From contig RDOB01000013.1 in the NCBI GenBank assembly GCA_011364965.1, positions 1 to 16,584 on the forward strand: 16,584 bases of DNA, read 5' to 3'. The notes beneath the pieces were generated by a model, which ran no database searches, was not told the origin of the DNA, and worked only from the letters and a program-made list of their open reading frames with translations. The stretch is from Candidatus Heimdallarchaeota archaeon (lineage in GTDB: Archaea; Asgardarchaeota; Heimdallarchaeia; Hodarchaeales; Hodarchaeaceae). Both the position numbers and the translations under genes were made by a program. Below are positions 15,675-16,584 of this stretch, piece by piece (positions within the stretch are counted from its first letter, which is position 1; every line of letters begins with the position of its first letter).

Positions 15675-16584
15675 ATGGCTCAACTAGATAAGTTTTCAAC
15701 CTTAAAGGCAATTAAAGAGAAACAAAAAATCCCCCAAGTTCCCTATTCTCTGTGGAAACATTTTATTGAAGCAGATAAAACACCAGAAGGATTGGCGCGA
15801 GCTCAGGTGGACTTTCAAAGGAGATACAATAGCTTATTCATGAAAATCTCTCCTCATGGAAGTTATTGTGTTGTGGATTTTGGAGGACTTCTAGGAGGAT
15901 ATCGCCCAATCTCGGGATCAAGAATTTGTGAACGTATGCCTATCCTTTCATTAAGCGATTGGGAAACAGTAGAACCAGTTGATCCAAATGCAGGAGAGTT
16001 TGGAGCCCAAATTCAAGCAGTAAAATTAATACATCAAGAAATCGAGAATGAAGTCCCTTCAGTGATGACCGTTTTCTCCCCTTTCATGGTAGCATCCAAA
16101 CTCGATCCAAATCTTCTAGAACACTTAAATCAAGATCGAAAGCTCATCCTAGAGCAGATTTCCATGTTAACGGAACTCATGGGGGAGTTCGCAAAATCAT
16201 CCCTAGAAACAGGAGCAGATGGAATCTTCCTTGCAACTCAGCATTTCAACGCAAATTTAAAACCCCAGGACCTGAGGGAATTTGAATTCACCCCTATGAG
16301 TAAAATTCTCCAAAAGGTGCATCCAAAGTCTATCTTTAACCTTTTACATTTACATGGGGAGACCCCCTACTTCCGTTTGGCATCAGAATTGCCAAATGTT
16401 CATGCCATTAATTGGCACGATCAAACTACCTCTCCTAGTCTGTTAGAGGCACGACAAGATTTCACTGGAGTACTCGTTGGGGGACTAGATGAAATGGGAC
16501 TGCTCCGTGAAGGTACAAAAGAAGAAATTTCTGAAATGATACGCACAGTTTACCGCAGCTTTGATGATCGAGGTTTAATCTTTG
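15675..16584 (+). CDS. Uroporphyrinogen decarboxylase/MtaA-CmuA superfamily protein, 3'-truncated
   Basis: Hand translation MAQLDKF...VPYSLWKHF...SDWETVEP...MTVFSPF...GADGIFLA...LLHLHG...INWHD...VGGLDE...RGLIF is open to the window end (303 codons); absent from the ORF track. Confidence 0.88.
   Translation, partial: MAQLDKFSTLKAIKEKQKIPQVPYSLWKHFIEADKTPEGLARAQVDFQRRYNSLFMKISPHGSYCVVDFGGLLGGYRPISGSRICERMPILSLSDWETVEPVDPNAGEFGAQIQAVKLIHQEIENEVPSVMTVFSPFMVASKLDPNLLEHLNQDRKLILEQISMLTELMGEFAKSSLETGADGIFLATQHFNANLKPQDLREFEFTPMSKILQKVHPKSIFNLLHLHGETPYFRLASELPNVHAINWHDQTTSPSLLEARQDFTGVLVGGLDEMGLLREGTKEEISEMIRTVYRSFDDRGLIF

Overview
AT-rich archaeal chromosomal segment. The tRNA-Tyr C1-G72 pair, BHB-type tRNA introns, ATP-dependent DNA ligase and PGF-type anchor indicate an archaeon; an Asgard/Heimdallarchaeia-like lineage is my unverified impression. 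Genes: a 5'-truncated surface metallopeptidase, a tandem two-domain orphan amino-methyltransferase, a membrane-anchored B-box-like Zn-finger protein, an Eis-family acetyltransferase, a B12-binding radical SAM enzyme, DNA ligase, two small hypothetical proteins, a probable cobalamin ECF importer operon, a TrmO/YaeB-family protein, a winged-helix protein and a 3'-truncated URO-D/MtaA-superfamily gene missing from the ORF track. The most striking element is non-coding: a minus-strand tRNA-Tyr(GUA) gene (5327-5488) with two introns. A 31-nt intron at 22/23 looks like a tandem duplication whose GG>CC change creates its own splice helix. A 57-nt intron at 37/38 carries a near-textbook C/D-type K-turn hairpin whose flanks can pair with the tRNA's own anticodon loop, leaving U35-A36 unpaired as in an H/ACA pseudouridylation pocket. 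This suggests a self-guided Psi35 system; it is a hypothesis, and no ACA box is visible.
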